From Vicugna vicugna (Eukaryota): a stretch of 64,000 nucleotides of DNA. This document shows, in pieces, positions 25,943-37,430 of this stretch. The first letter of the stretch is position 1. Every line of letters begins with the position of its first letter. Both the position numbers and the translations under genes were made by a program. Location of the stretch: assembly GCA_013265495.1 (NCBI GenBank), contig MU057880.1, positions 1,642,527-1,706,526 on the forward strand. Reading direction: 5' to 3'. The notes under the pieces were generated by a model. The model did no database searches. It had not been told where the DNA came from and saw only the letters and a program-made list of their open reading frames with translations.

Positions 25943-28449
25943 GAGGTTCTAGCTAATGAGAGTGTGGGGTGGGGGGACAGGGAGAAACCTCACACCCTTC
26001 TTACTCTGCTAACTGCTGCATGACCTATGGATCCCAATACCTATGCCTGATCCACCCTGGGGTTCATATGGCTGCTTCGGAGACTGAAAATGAGAAGGGA
26101 GCAGAGAGGCAGTCGAGCAAATGACTGAAACCTGTTCACCATCCCAATTACTTTGATTGGAAAATGGGGAACTTCCAGCTGAAGCTGCCCCTGCAGAGCC
26201 TCGCTCCCCTCCCAGCTCACCTGAAGGGCTCTTACTTCCCACAAGTGGGTTAGCCTGTCTCCAGACAGTTAGCCCAGAAAGTCAGTGAGAAATTAATGGA
26301 ATCTAGAGAGGACACTTTATTGTCCTGCTGTGTTCCAGGTGAGGAAATTTGAGCTCCACATAGCATGTACAACCAGTAGAAAGCTACACAGCTTGCGATT
26401 GGCCAAATTTATACTAGGGCATTGCATTTTTGTAAGTATGTTCGCACCTTTATACCTTTGTTTTTTTTTAAAAAACGTGTTTGCGTAAAGATTCATTTAC
26501 AACTTCACAGAAAATAAGACTTAAAAATACTGTGCTATTAGAAAAAATCAAGTCCTTTCTTTAAATTAAAAACCAAAATCAAAACAATCTCTTAGAATGC
26601 AATTAACCTTATAAACTGTCTTCTCATAACTTAAGTTTCTTCAAATATATGTATGTATCTGCATGACTGGGACACTGTGCTGTATACCAGAAATTGACAC
26701 ATTGTAGTTGACTGTACTTCAATTAAAAAAAAACAACTCAGGTTTCTTTTAATAGAGTTGATATGTCCAAAGTCTTTGATTGGCAAGTACATCTATTAAT
26801 TATTCCTACAGAATGTTTTAAGAAGTCCATGTAAACATATTGAATTTATACTTGCTAATTACTCTGTTCTTCTGAAATATCTTTTTCTATCCTTTCAAAT
26901 GACAGTGTTACTAATAATTGAGGTTTTTTTAGGTATGTTGCTTTTATTCAAGATACATTATTGTTTGGTGCATGTACAGATATGTTTAAGTAGATCTAAA
27001 TAATATTTGTATAGATTTGTATATGTGGTTCAATATCTGCATCTGCGTATTGGGTTTTGTACTTTAAATGTGACAAATAAATCTTTTGGGAGGAAAAAAT
27101 ATACCTTTGCTTTTAAAATGTGTGTAGAAGGTTCTCACTTCCTTGTTATCATCCCCGTATTTATTCTGTCTCTTGATTTCAGCCAGCCTTATGTATTTAT
27201 TCATGACAAACCCTTTCCTGGGGCTTTCGGCACGGTTGGAAAATAATGAGAAATCAGGTCTATAATTAATCAGATTTTCTCTTTACTTATTGAAAAACAG
27301 AAACTTTAATGGTACGTGGTTCTATTGGTGAAGCTCTCGAGCGTTCGACTGCTTACGATTCAGCACATCAAACTGAAACAGAGGGTTACGAAGGTCAGAT
27401 GCAGTTTGTAAAAGCGCTTTGAACTTCCTTATGTACATTTTCATACATTTGTATCTTTATGCTAATTGGTTCTTGACAGCTTTTATTTATGTTAGTAACC
27501 GCCACCTGGATACATGGACTGGCAAAATGTCTACACTGAATTGTGAAATGTGGCTGAGAATATAGGTTCTAGAGACTTCTAATAGCTCCAAGTGGCTTGG
27601 AGATCTTGAGTGGGTTGATTTCACCTCTTAGTTTTTGCTTTTGAAAAATGGGAAAAGGGCACCTCCCTTATTGGGCTGCTGTTAAGTGTTAAAAATCTCC
27701 ACATGCACACGGAGCACTTAGAATAGGGGCAGCAGGACCAGTGAGCCCTACAAGGCTGTTTGCTGTTGATATTATTAGCACTGTTACTAAGTGTTTAGAC
27801 TTTGAGACTGATATTCCAGGTTTATTGCAGGTTACATTTTCCACACCATGTTCTGTTTCTCTCTCAGTATTAATGTATATTCTTTTGCTATATATTACTT
27901 GTATTATAAGTAATTTTATAACCTATGGGAATAGGGCAGATTATACACTGAAAATGAAATAAGCTTCCTAAAAACAAAAACACAGAAAATAGGGGGACAG
28001 AGATTAACATGGCACCCCACATGTGCAGAAATAACAGAGCTCAACTGGCAAGGTGGCCTCGGTCTAAAACATATCAAGGCACATGTCATAGAACCAACAA
28101 TAATAATAATAACATCTAAACTAGCGTAAGTCAGCACTAACATACAGGAACCTTTTTAAAATTTTAGTTCTTCCCTGGAAATTCAGGACTTTGCATCAAG
28201 GGCAAACAAAATGGCTTACATCATTGCCCTTAAACAAGACAGACATCCACGGTGAAATGAGCAACTTGCTTTAGGCTCAGAGGGGAAAAAAAGTACAATT
28301 CTTAAATTTTACCATTGTCTCTATTTTACTGTATATTTTAGTTTACTTTAATTGTTGGTTTTAGTGTGTACTTAAATACAGTGCAAGTAATGGGCCCAGT
28401 TTGCATGCATTTTAAAAACAACCTTAAATATGTGAATTAAGATGTGATA

Positions 28450-31400
28450 AAACTACAAGGAAAAACTGACACATTTTTTATTGCACAAAAGATTCTAACA
28501 ATTGTTTTAGTAAATAAGTCAAGCAGACAAAAAATTGGACTAAAAATTATATACAATTTGATAAACATAATAAGCTTAATTTGTTAGACATAAGTCAATA
28601 CATATTTTACATATAATATATAATTTTCTTCAGCAAACAAAATATGCTTTTCAAAGTTACATGAACTCAGATACAGGGCAAATTCTAAGGAATTAGTATA
28701 ACAGAACCATGGACTTGGATCACAATGAAATTAATGATATTAAGTTCCATGGAAGTAACAATGACAACCACAAAACCAAAATTCCAATGTGTGTAGCACT
28801 ATAAAAATTGCAATAATATACGAGTCTAATAAGAAGTGATAGGAAAGTTAAAAATGATTCATAACTAACAATAATGATGAATACACAACATATCAAGTAT
28901 TTTATGATTTGGATAGATGAACGATTGAAGGAAATATGTAACCTTAAACATCAGCAGAGAACAAATGCTAAGATTATGTTGAGGCAAATACTTAATACGA
29001 AGCCAAGAAAAGTAGAATGGAGGTAATGACTATAAAGGCAGAAAAATTAATAAAATAGAAAGCAAAAAACAAGTGGAAATTATAAGGTGGGACAAAAAAT
29101 AAGTTTTTTGTTAAGTCTAGTAAATTTTAAAATTCTAACAAGAATCATCAAGCATCAAGAATTCATATGTTAACAGCAGTATAAGTTAAAATTGGGATAG
29201 AACTAAACAATGGAAAACTACAAAAACAATAATGGAATGCTATAAAATACTTTGTCACAATAATTTTTAAATGTAAATGTATAACTAGACAAATATCATT
29301 TTTAAATGAGTCCCCCCAAAATATATAGAAAACATAGATATCCCTTAATCAGGCAAAAGAGGAACAACAATTTAAAATTTTTACAAAAGGTAAAACGGGT
29401 ATCAGTCATCGTCTCAAGGAAGCCATCTTTCCAAATTTTTAGAAACCTTCCTGGAAACTGTAAGCTTTCAGTCAATGTTTTTTTCAGTAGGCTAGTTTTA
29501 TCCCAGTCCTCAACAGGAAAAAATCAAGATGAAAAATTAAAAATATAGGACAATTTTACTTAGGAACACAGATGAAAAATCACCAAGAAAATACTAGCAT
29601 CCTGTATCTAGAAATGTATTAAAATGTACCACGAATGTAATGAAATTATTAGAAGGCTGCAAGTCTGGGTTAACAATAGAGAACATCTTAATGTATTGTG
29701 CTAGACAGTATTCTTTTTCCTGTCCATCCATTGCCTCTACTTGGGTGACAGTTCTACTTCCCTGCCCCATTGTGTCAGCCTGAGACAGGCAGTTTGCTTT
29801 CAGTGATGAAATCTAAGTTCAGTGCCAGGCAGAAACTTCAAACGGCAGCATAAGCTTCCTCATGATTATCCTTCTTTCCTTCTTTAAGAGAGAAGCTGTT
29901 CCATCAGCATAGATCTTGGATTGAAGACAACTTGGACTCGGGCTGCAGGCAATCTGTGATGGGCACTTAGCATGAAAAAGAAATGAGCCTCTGTGGTTCT
30001 AAGCTACTGAGTTTTGGGGGCTGTTGGTTACCGCAGCTCATCCTGACAGATTTAGTATTTTATCACATTAAGAACTTAAAGGTAAAAATTTAAATAAATC
30101 ATCCATTGTTCTGTAAAATCTTGCAATAAAATTCAACACTTATTAATGACAAAAAAAAAGTAAAATAAAATGAAAGAAAGTATCCTTACCCCAACAAGGA
30201 AAGCCTACAATAAACAATAGAAAAGAATGGTAAAATGTTAGAAACATTCTATTTAACGTCAGGAATAAGAAAAGCATGCTTATTATGTAAATATATAAAT
30301 AATATATATAAATATATTCAAATATATTACTTCTTGTGTTGAAGTTCCTAGTCATCACAAAAAGTCAAAGGAACAGAAACAAAATAAGTACTGGAAAAGA
30401 AGAAAAATAAATCTCTTTACTTACAGAGATTTGCTTACTTACATAAAAACTCCTAAATAATCTATAAAGTATCAGAATTAATATAAGAGTTTAAAATGAG
30501 ACAAGCTATATCAAAACTGATTGTATTTTTATAGACAAGCAGCAAAGAGAAAATCTTTCAATGAAATATACCATGTAAATAGCAGAATGTGAAATCATCT
30601 AGGAACAATGTTTAAGAAATGATAGAAGATATTTGTAAAGATTGCTATAGAACTATGCTGAAGACCATTTTGAAAGACCTAAACCAGAGAGAAGCATAGC
30701 ATGTTGCTGACTATCACAAATAGGCCATTTTATTTCAAATTGATAAATACGTAAAATGTGATTCTGATTAAAATTCTAACATTATTTGTATGGGATTTGA
30801 TAAGACTGATCTAAAATTTATATGGCAAAGTAAAGGGCTCAGACTATACAAAATATTCCTGGAGAATGACATGCAGCAGAGACTTGCCTACTAGATGTGA
30901 ATGCACAAGTAAATGCTACAGTAATTTAGAGTATATGCTGGTGACATAAGGGTAAAAAAGAGATAAACTGAACAAAGGCATGAGCATTGAAATGTTTCTG
31001 CACGTATATGAACTACAGAGATGGCACTGCAGTTCAGTGAGAAGAGTTTTCTTTAAATAGTGCCCTGATCACTGATTATACTTATCCAACATAAACCAAC
31101 AAAATGGGTAAACAAAATTTAATTTCAGGCAAATTAAACCCTTATGAGTGAAAAAAGAGAAACATTCAGGAGTTTTGTTTAGTGATGTCCTCAAGGACTG
31201 AGAAAAGACCTGGCACATGGTAGGTGCTCAATAAATGATTTGAATAAACATGTGATTATATGAAATCAGAGTAATGAGTGATTCCATGGGACATTTGTGT
31301 CTATAATAAACCATAAAGGAAATAATTAATACATTTTGCTAAGTTAAAGTAAAAATTTATGTTTATCAAAGGACACCATTAAAAAATATCAAAGCATAAG

Positions 31401-31620
31401 CTCCAAACTGGGAGAGCATATTTGCATCAAATACACATTAAAATATTAGTGTCTAGAATATATAAAGAACACTTACAAATCAGTAAGAAAATGACAGACA
31501 ACTCATTTAAAAACATTTTTAAAAGACATGAACAGTCATCTGGTGAAGAGATAATAGAAATCATTAGTAAACATATGAATAGCAGGAAGACTGCTCTATT
31601 AGTAATATTTTTCTAAGCTA
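28450..31620 (+). mobile_element. Old fragmented L1M ORF2 region with an MLT1-like LTR (~29697-30050) and an L2 tail (~31180-31250) inserted
   Basis: A-rich degenerate ORF2 motifs (ctaaaatttatatgg, gtgtctagaatatataaagaacacttacaaatcagtaag). MLT1-type end ctactgagttttgggggctgttggttaccgcagc. Confidence 0.65.
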
Positions 31621-32839
31621 GAGGTGGAAACATGGGTGTTTAACTTGTTAATCAGTATATTTATCTCATAAATAGACAGCTACATGTATATAGATACATA
31701 ACCTTTTGAAGTCTGAGACAACATAAAGAAAAAGATAGTAAAATTAATAAGAAGCAATGTCTGGATAGGAACTCTCTTAAAAAGATACTCCTTGTAAGCT
31801 AATAATAATAACATTAAAAATAATGATTGCTAGAATTTATTGAGTGCTTTTTATTTAGCCAGCACTAACTTGATAATTTGACATATAGTTTACATAATTT
31901 TACATAATACCTACCTGTACATATGTTGAATAGAAAATTGCCCCTGTCTCATAAAATGAGATTTTAATAGATTCCATCAAACCATAAACATAATTTGAAG
32001 ATTAAGAAATATACCTTTCTCCAACTTTTTGGACTCAAGACAGAGAAATACTAATAAAAATGGACGGTGGCCGATCTTACCTGGGCGGATTTCAAAGACG
32101 CTTCTCCACACATATTATTGAGTGTGTTTGAGGTATCCATCCACCGGCACGTTCATGACCAGGATGGATCACTGTGGCCATGCTTCTGCAAAGGGAACTT
32201 CATTACGCCCTCTGCCTGACTCCTTGGTGGTTCATCCTTCATTCCTTTGCAACAAAATGAATTCTCTGAATTCAGTACAGTGGAAGAACTCATCATGATT
32301 ATTCATTCACAGACTTGATATTGAACGGCTGCAAAGGACCAGAACCTGCTCAACAACCTAACAAGCTCTCCAGGAGCTTGCACTGAGCTACATTGAGCAA
32401 TTCTTTATTCTTTACCTGCTACCAAGACATCATTCTCTGGCCAATATTTCTTTCTGTAATGAATTTTGTTGGGGCCAGTGTCAGACACTGGGCAAACATT
32501 TCCAGGAGCAAAACTGCAGGGACAAAATAATTATGCCCAAAGATCAGCTTTACTCCAGCTCCTCTGCCTGAACAGAGCTCGGGGGACCCAGTGCTTTTTC
32601 ACCTCCAAGGCTCTGGAAATCCACTCGGGGCTCTTTCCTGGGCCATCCTCCAGTAAACAGTTGTTCCATCATATAAGTGCTCCTGGAGAAACTTTCTCCT
32701 GTGTCACACACCCATGTTTTTTGTCTAAATCACGTTGCAGTCTAGATTATCAATTAATTTTTGTTGTTGTTTTCACTTAATTTTTTCACTGCCGAATACT
32801 GTATGGCATATAATACTGACATTTACAGTGATCCTAGTA

Positions 32840-33353
32840 TGTTACTGAGTCCAGACTCACTCTGCTCATCACAGGACAGGCCAATAAATCAGGAGACGAG
32901 ATGTTGGGACAAGGAATAACAACTTTATTTGGAAAGCCAGCAGACCTAGAAGATGGGGGACTAATGTTTTGGAGAATCATCTTCCCCAAGTCAGAATTCA
33001 GGCTCCTTTTATACTAAAAGTGGAGGGAGTGTAGTTGGCTGTTGCAAACTTCTTGGTGTCAGAATCCTTTGTTCTTACTGCTGTCCATGTGGGTCAGGTC
33101 ATGGTGTCCCTGTAAGTCTCCAACAAGACAAATGTTCTGTTCTGCAACTTTTTATCTCTATATGAATAGGAAAATGTTACACCCTTAAAGGTCAGAGCCT
33201 TGAGGATGGGCTCTCCTGTCTATGTCAGGCTCTAGGCAACCTTCTTTTACAAAAGGCGCAAAACCAGCATGACTGAGCCCAGGAAACAGAGCCCAGGGTT
33301 AGAGCCAAAGGAACAGATCTAATATGGAATCAAGTTTGTTCTTCCCTATGACT
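32840..33353 (-). mobile_element. Solo LTR, family A, copy 3
   Basis: Homologous to the other copies. Minus-strand TATAAAA (33007-33013) and AATAAA (32924-32929). Confidence 0.88.
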
Positions 33354-36139
33354 ATCAGGGAGCAGATCGGGCAGCAGGTGACTGGCAGCCATGTGTGCAT
33401 GCCATGATCTGTTGCTAGGTAGGCTGAGTTCATACTCCCTGCCTACGTGCCCCCTTGCACCTCCTCTGAGCGGGTGTCACCATTTCTGGGGGCCCTGCAA
33501 ACTAGACATACTGAACAGTTTATCTGTGCTCTGCATTTTGTACAACAGATGGCCGGCGGGTGGTTTTTACATATGAGAAGTAAGTGGAAGTGGCATGCTG
33601 AATGCTCTATAAATACACAGCATGCTAAGCACCCTTTTGCCAAGCACTTTTTATTCTAATATGGACGTAGATCCTGTGACAGGTCTGCTGTTATGAATGC
33701 AGATGTACGGCATAATTATCTTCACGGTAAAAATAGGATGATTAGGACAAGGACTCATGCCTGCTCTTTCATCTTCCACATTAAGCTGCCTCTGTGTCCT
33801 TTGCTAGAGGCATGGGACACTTGTTGGGTGAAGAGGCATGAAGCTCACAAGGTCGTTTTGTGAACTTCTCCATCTGGATGGATCAGAAGCATAGGAGTAA
33901 ATGTCAGCTGTCATTCTCACGTGTTGGCAGACATCGATGATAATCTGTTGGACTGACTCAGTGGTCTCAGTCGACATCTAAACTTCCCAGAATGATTGCA
34001 GACTTTCCTGGGAAAGGCTGTGGTGGGAGGACACTCAAAAGGTCAGAAATGCAGACAGTAAGTTATAACCATCAATGCTTCCTTGAAATAAGATCTGTGT
34101 TTGGTCTCTTGGGGAATTCGTTGAATTGATTTAAGGCTTACACCAACCTTCTCCCCTCCAATAATTATTTGCTTGTTACTAATTCTGATAACGGTGACAG
34201 ATGTTGAGAAAACCTCTTATAAGCATGGGGCCCCGGCATTTTCCACACTCATGCACTATTTTTAAGACAGAACTTATATTTAGAAGTGCTTCTTAGGCAG
34301 AGTTTAACTCTCAAGCTGTAGGCAACGTTCACACATACGGATTGATCTCAGCATGAGTGTTTCTGAGTGTGGGTGTGTTCTCTGCATCCTTAATGGGTTG
34401 TCTAGTCCAATTCTATGATGTAAAATTGCAAGCTAATAAATAAGAAATGAAAATGACTCAGCTGAGGGCAATGGTGATCACATTTGTAAAGAAAGCAAAT
34501 CCTTTTGAAATAACGTGATCTTGTAAAGTTGATTTGAAGGCTATAGCGAACTGTTACGGCTAATTGTGTCGATCTGTGATTTAGCTGATGAGGAAATCTG
34601 CCACTAGTTATTCTTTGAATAGAATAAATTACAAATTAATATTTTGGAGGGAGAAAAGAAAACACAACAGATGCAAGAGATACTGGGATTATTCCTCATT
34701 GATTTTATTTTCATCCACAAAGCTCATCTTCATTTTGTGTATTTTCTTGCTGATGTAAATTGTAGTCAGTGAAAGAAAATTTATCAATGAATGATTCTTA
34801 TAATAAGCATGTAAGAAAATCAAGATTTGCTGCGTTAATGATGTGTCAGGGTAAGGAGCAATTGTCAGGAGACTTCATAGGCCAAGAAGATGGTCCACAC
34901 CTGCTGAGACCTGGGGACATGTGCTTAGAACTTTCCATAAAACATGTGCACATGGGGAAAAGGTGAGCATTAGAGCCTCCTGTGCCAGAGCAAAGAAAAA
35001 GCGAGCCTTTGGGGTTAGGATAGCTATATCTGACAGTGTTTCTATTTAGTTTAGACACCTGTGCTGGAGCCTAATCAAGTCTCTGCCCTACCCTGTGTTC
35101 CCCACCCCAGGACATTTGCACACCCTTCTCTTTCTGCCCCCAGTACTCTTCTCTGCCTGCACCAATTGACTCATCCCAGAGACTCCACCAGGCACTGTCC
35201 CTGCAGATCTTTGTAGTCTCACTGCCAAATGCACATTAAAGTCTTTGTACAGAGATCTGTTAAATAAAGAATTACATGCTAATTACTGGGGATCAGAAAT
35301 AATCAAATGAGGATCTCTGCCTTGAGAAACTTACAATATGAGATCCTTGAAATAAGCCTCCAGGGAAGACTGCCTTTTCAGGCTGTTGAAGCAATCTTTT
35401 CTCTTAGGCAGAATTTTGGTTTGTCAGTTTGATAAAAGCACTTAAAAGGATTCTTCCTGGTCAGGCCAGCCTCCCAGGCATAGAAGAAAGAGCAGTGTCA
35501 GTCTCTTTTCCCAGCCAGTGCCATTAGCTCATCTCCACTGGAAGCTTTTCTGGGGGGAGAGAGAGAATCAGAGCAGCCCCAACGTCCTGAGCAATCTCCC
35601 CATGAGCGGGAGGGACCGCGGCGCAAGGATACCAGCGCCTCTCCTGCCCTGCACAACGCTCGCTTTAGGATGACAGGACCCTTTTATTAGCAACTCAGAC
35701 CCCTCCTATTAATTCCCCATGTTTTATAAAATGGAAGTTAAATAAAAATGATCCACGATAAAGAATGAAACAGGAGGGGAGAAAATAACACAATTTTGGA
35801 ATCAAAGTCTACTTCCTATTTTTCCAGGAAAAAAAAAATTGTAATGTTAGCACGATTCTGGAGAGAAAAATCCCATTTCTGCGTGTTTGCTGTGAAGAGG
35901 AAAAGAGTAAATGGTAATAATAAATAAATTTGAGATAAACATTTCAAAGCAATGGAAATATCAAAACCAGTTTAAATTTTAAAATCCTGTTTTCTAATAT
36001 ATAAACTGCAGATAACGTTTGATCTATAATATTAATATCTATATATCAATAAATGAAATTATAATGTAAGTGCTTTGATTTTTTAAAAAATCACAAAATG
36101 GAATTTTTTTTTAAATGTGAGTCATTATTAGCACAGTAA

Positions 36140-36345
36140 TGAAGTGTAGACTTTGGAGTTAGATTCTTATCTTGACTCCGGGCTCTGCCACTTACTGTGT
36201 GATCTTTGGGCAGGGGGTGGTTACTTAATTTCTCTGTGCCTCTGCTTCCTCATCTGTAAAAATGGGAAAATATTAAGTGAGCTAATTCATGAAAATTGTT
36301 TTGAAGAATATTTGCACTCATTAAAGGCAAGCTACCACTGTTATT
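36140..36345 (+). mobile_element. MIR SINE
   Basis: ctctgccacttactgtgtgatctttgggca...ctctgtgcctctgcttcctcatctgtaaaaatggg core. Similar MIR remnants lie near 27570-27730, 49840-49970 and 52950-53110. Confidence 0.8.
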
Positions 36346-36683
36346 AAAAATATATAAATAATCACTGTTATTAATAAAATAGTAGTCTGGATAACACGGC
36401 CTGATTCTTCATTGTATTTCATTCCTTGCCATTCTCAAGATGAGTTAACGGTACCCTGTTTCTTCCTCAGTAATGCTGACACCCCCTGAGCATCTGTGCC
36501 CAGACTCTCCTGATTTTGCTTCACTTTATGGTTCTCAGATGACCCAGTCATGAACTTTCTTCTTTTAGATCTTTTCTCATCTTAGTTTCCACCCTACATG
36601 TCCTTTTTCCCCCATCCTTATCCCTCTCTGCCTACCTTCCCAGCTCATCCCCCAGGGCTCTTTCTTCACCCTATCGAGCATTA

Positions 36684-36999
36684 CAGTCAGTGCACCATGT
36701 CTCCGCATCTGCAGATTCAATCAACCACTGATGGAAAATATTCGGAAAAAAAACATTTCCAGAAAATTCCATAAAGCAAAACTTGACTTGCCGCACACTA
36801 TCAACTACAACTATTTTCACAGCACTTAACGGCATATTTGGTATTATAAGTAATTTGGAGATGATCTAAAGTAAACGGAGGATGTGTGTAGATTACACGC
36901 AATTACTACAGCATTTTACGTAAGGGACTTGTGCATCTGGGGATTTTGGTACCCACAGGGAGTCCGGGCAACCAGCCCCCTGCAGATACCAAGGGACTG
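36684..36999 (+). mobile_element. MER2/Tigger-type DNA transposon
   Basis: TA-cagtc...gcatctgcagattcaatcaacc...ggaaaatattcggaaaaaa...gcagataccaagggactg. Confidence 0.8.
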
Positions 37000-37219
37000 C
37001 ATATTGAAATCATCTCTTTGTTAAGCTGGCTCTCCCACTAGGTCAGAAAAAGCATAAGGGCAGGAATCTCTTTCATTTTTTTAATCTTGTGCCCTCTGAG
37101 CCTATCTCAATAACTTATGTTCAGTAAATGAGAGATAAATGAATAATTAGGATTATCAACTGATATAAATGCACTATTGTTTATTGGAGAGAGATCCTTT
37201 CTTCCATTGGAGTTTAGAC

Positions 37220-37430
37220 CAGTGGTTCTCAAGCCTGGCTGTGCATTAGCACCTCCAGGGAGCTTTTAAAAAAACAGCTTCACTCGGGACCCACCATTCT
37301 AATGATCAGAATCCCTGAGCAGTAGTGCTCAGATATAAATATTTTAATTTATATATATTTTTTTCAGACACGAATATTTTTAAAAGGTCCCAGGTGATTT
37401 TATTGAAACACCTTAATCGAGAATGCTGGT
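37220..37430. mobile_element. MER5-like hAT element
   Basis: cagtggttctcaa...gagaatgctg termini. Similar MER5-like remnants lie at ~39275-39410 and ~59545-59682. Confidence 0.7.

Noticed and set aside
6493..33353. Same-orientation LTR pairs as the ends of a full provirus
   Set aside because: No PBS, PPT or gag/pol/env similarity between them. The intervening DNA is L1, MLT and unique sequence, and the pairs share no TSDs.
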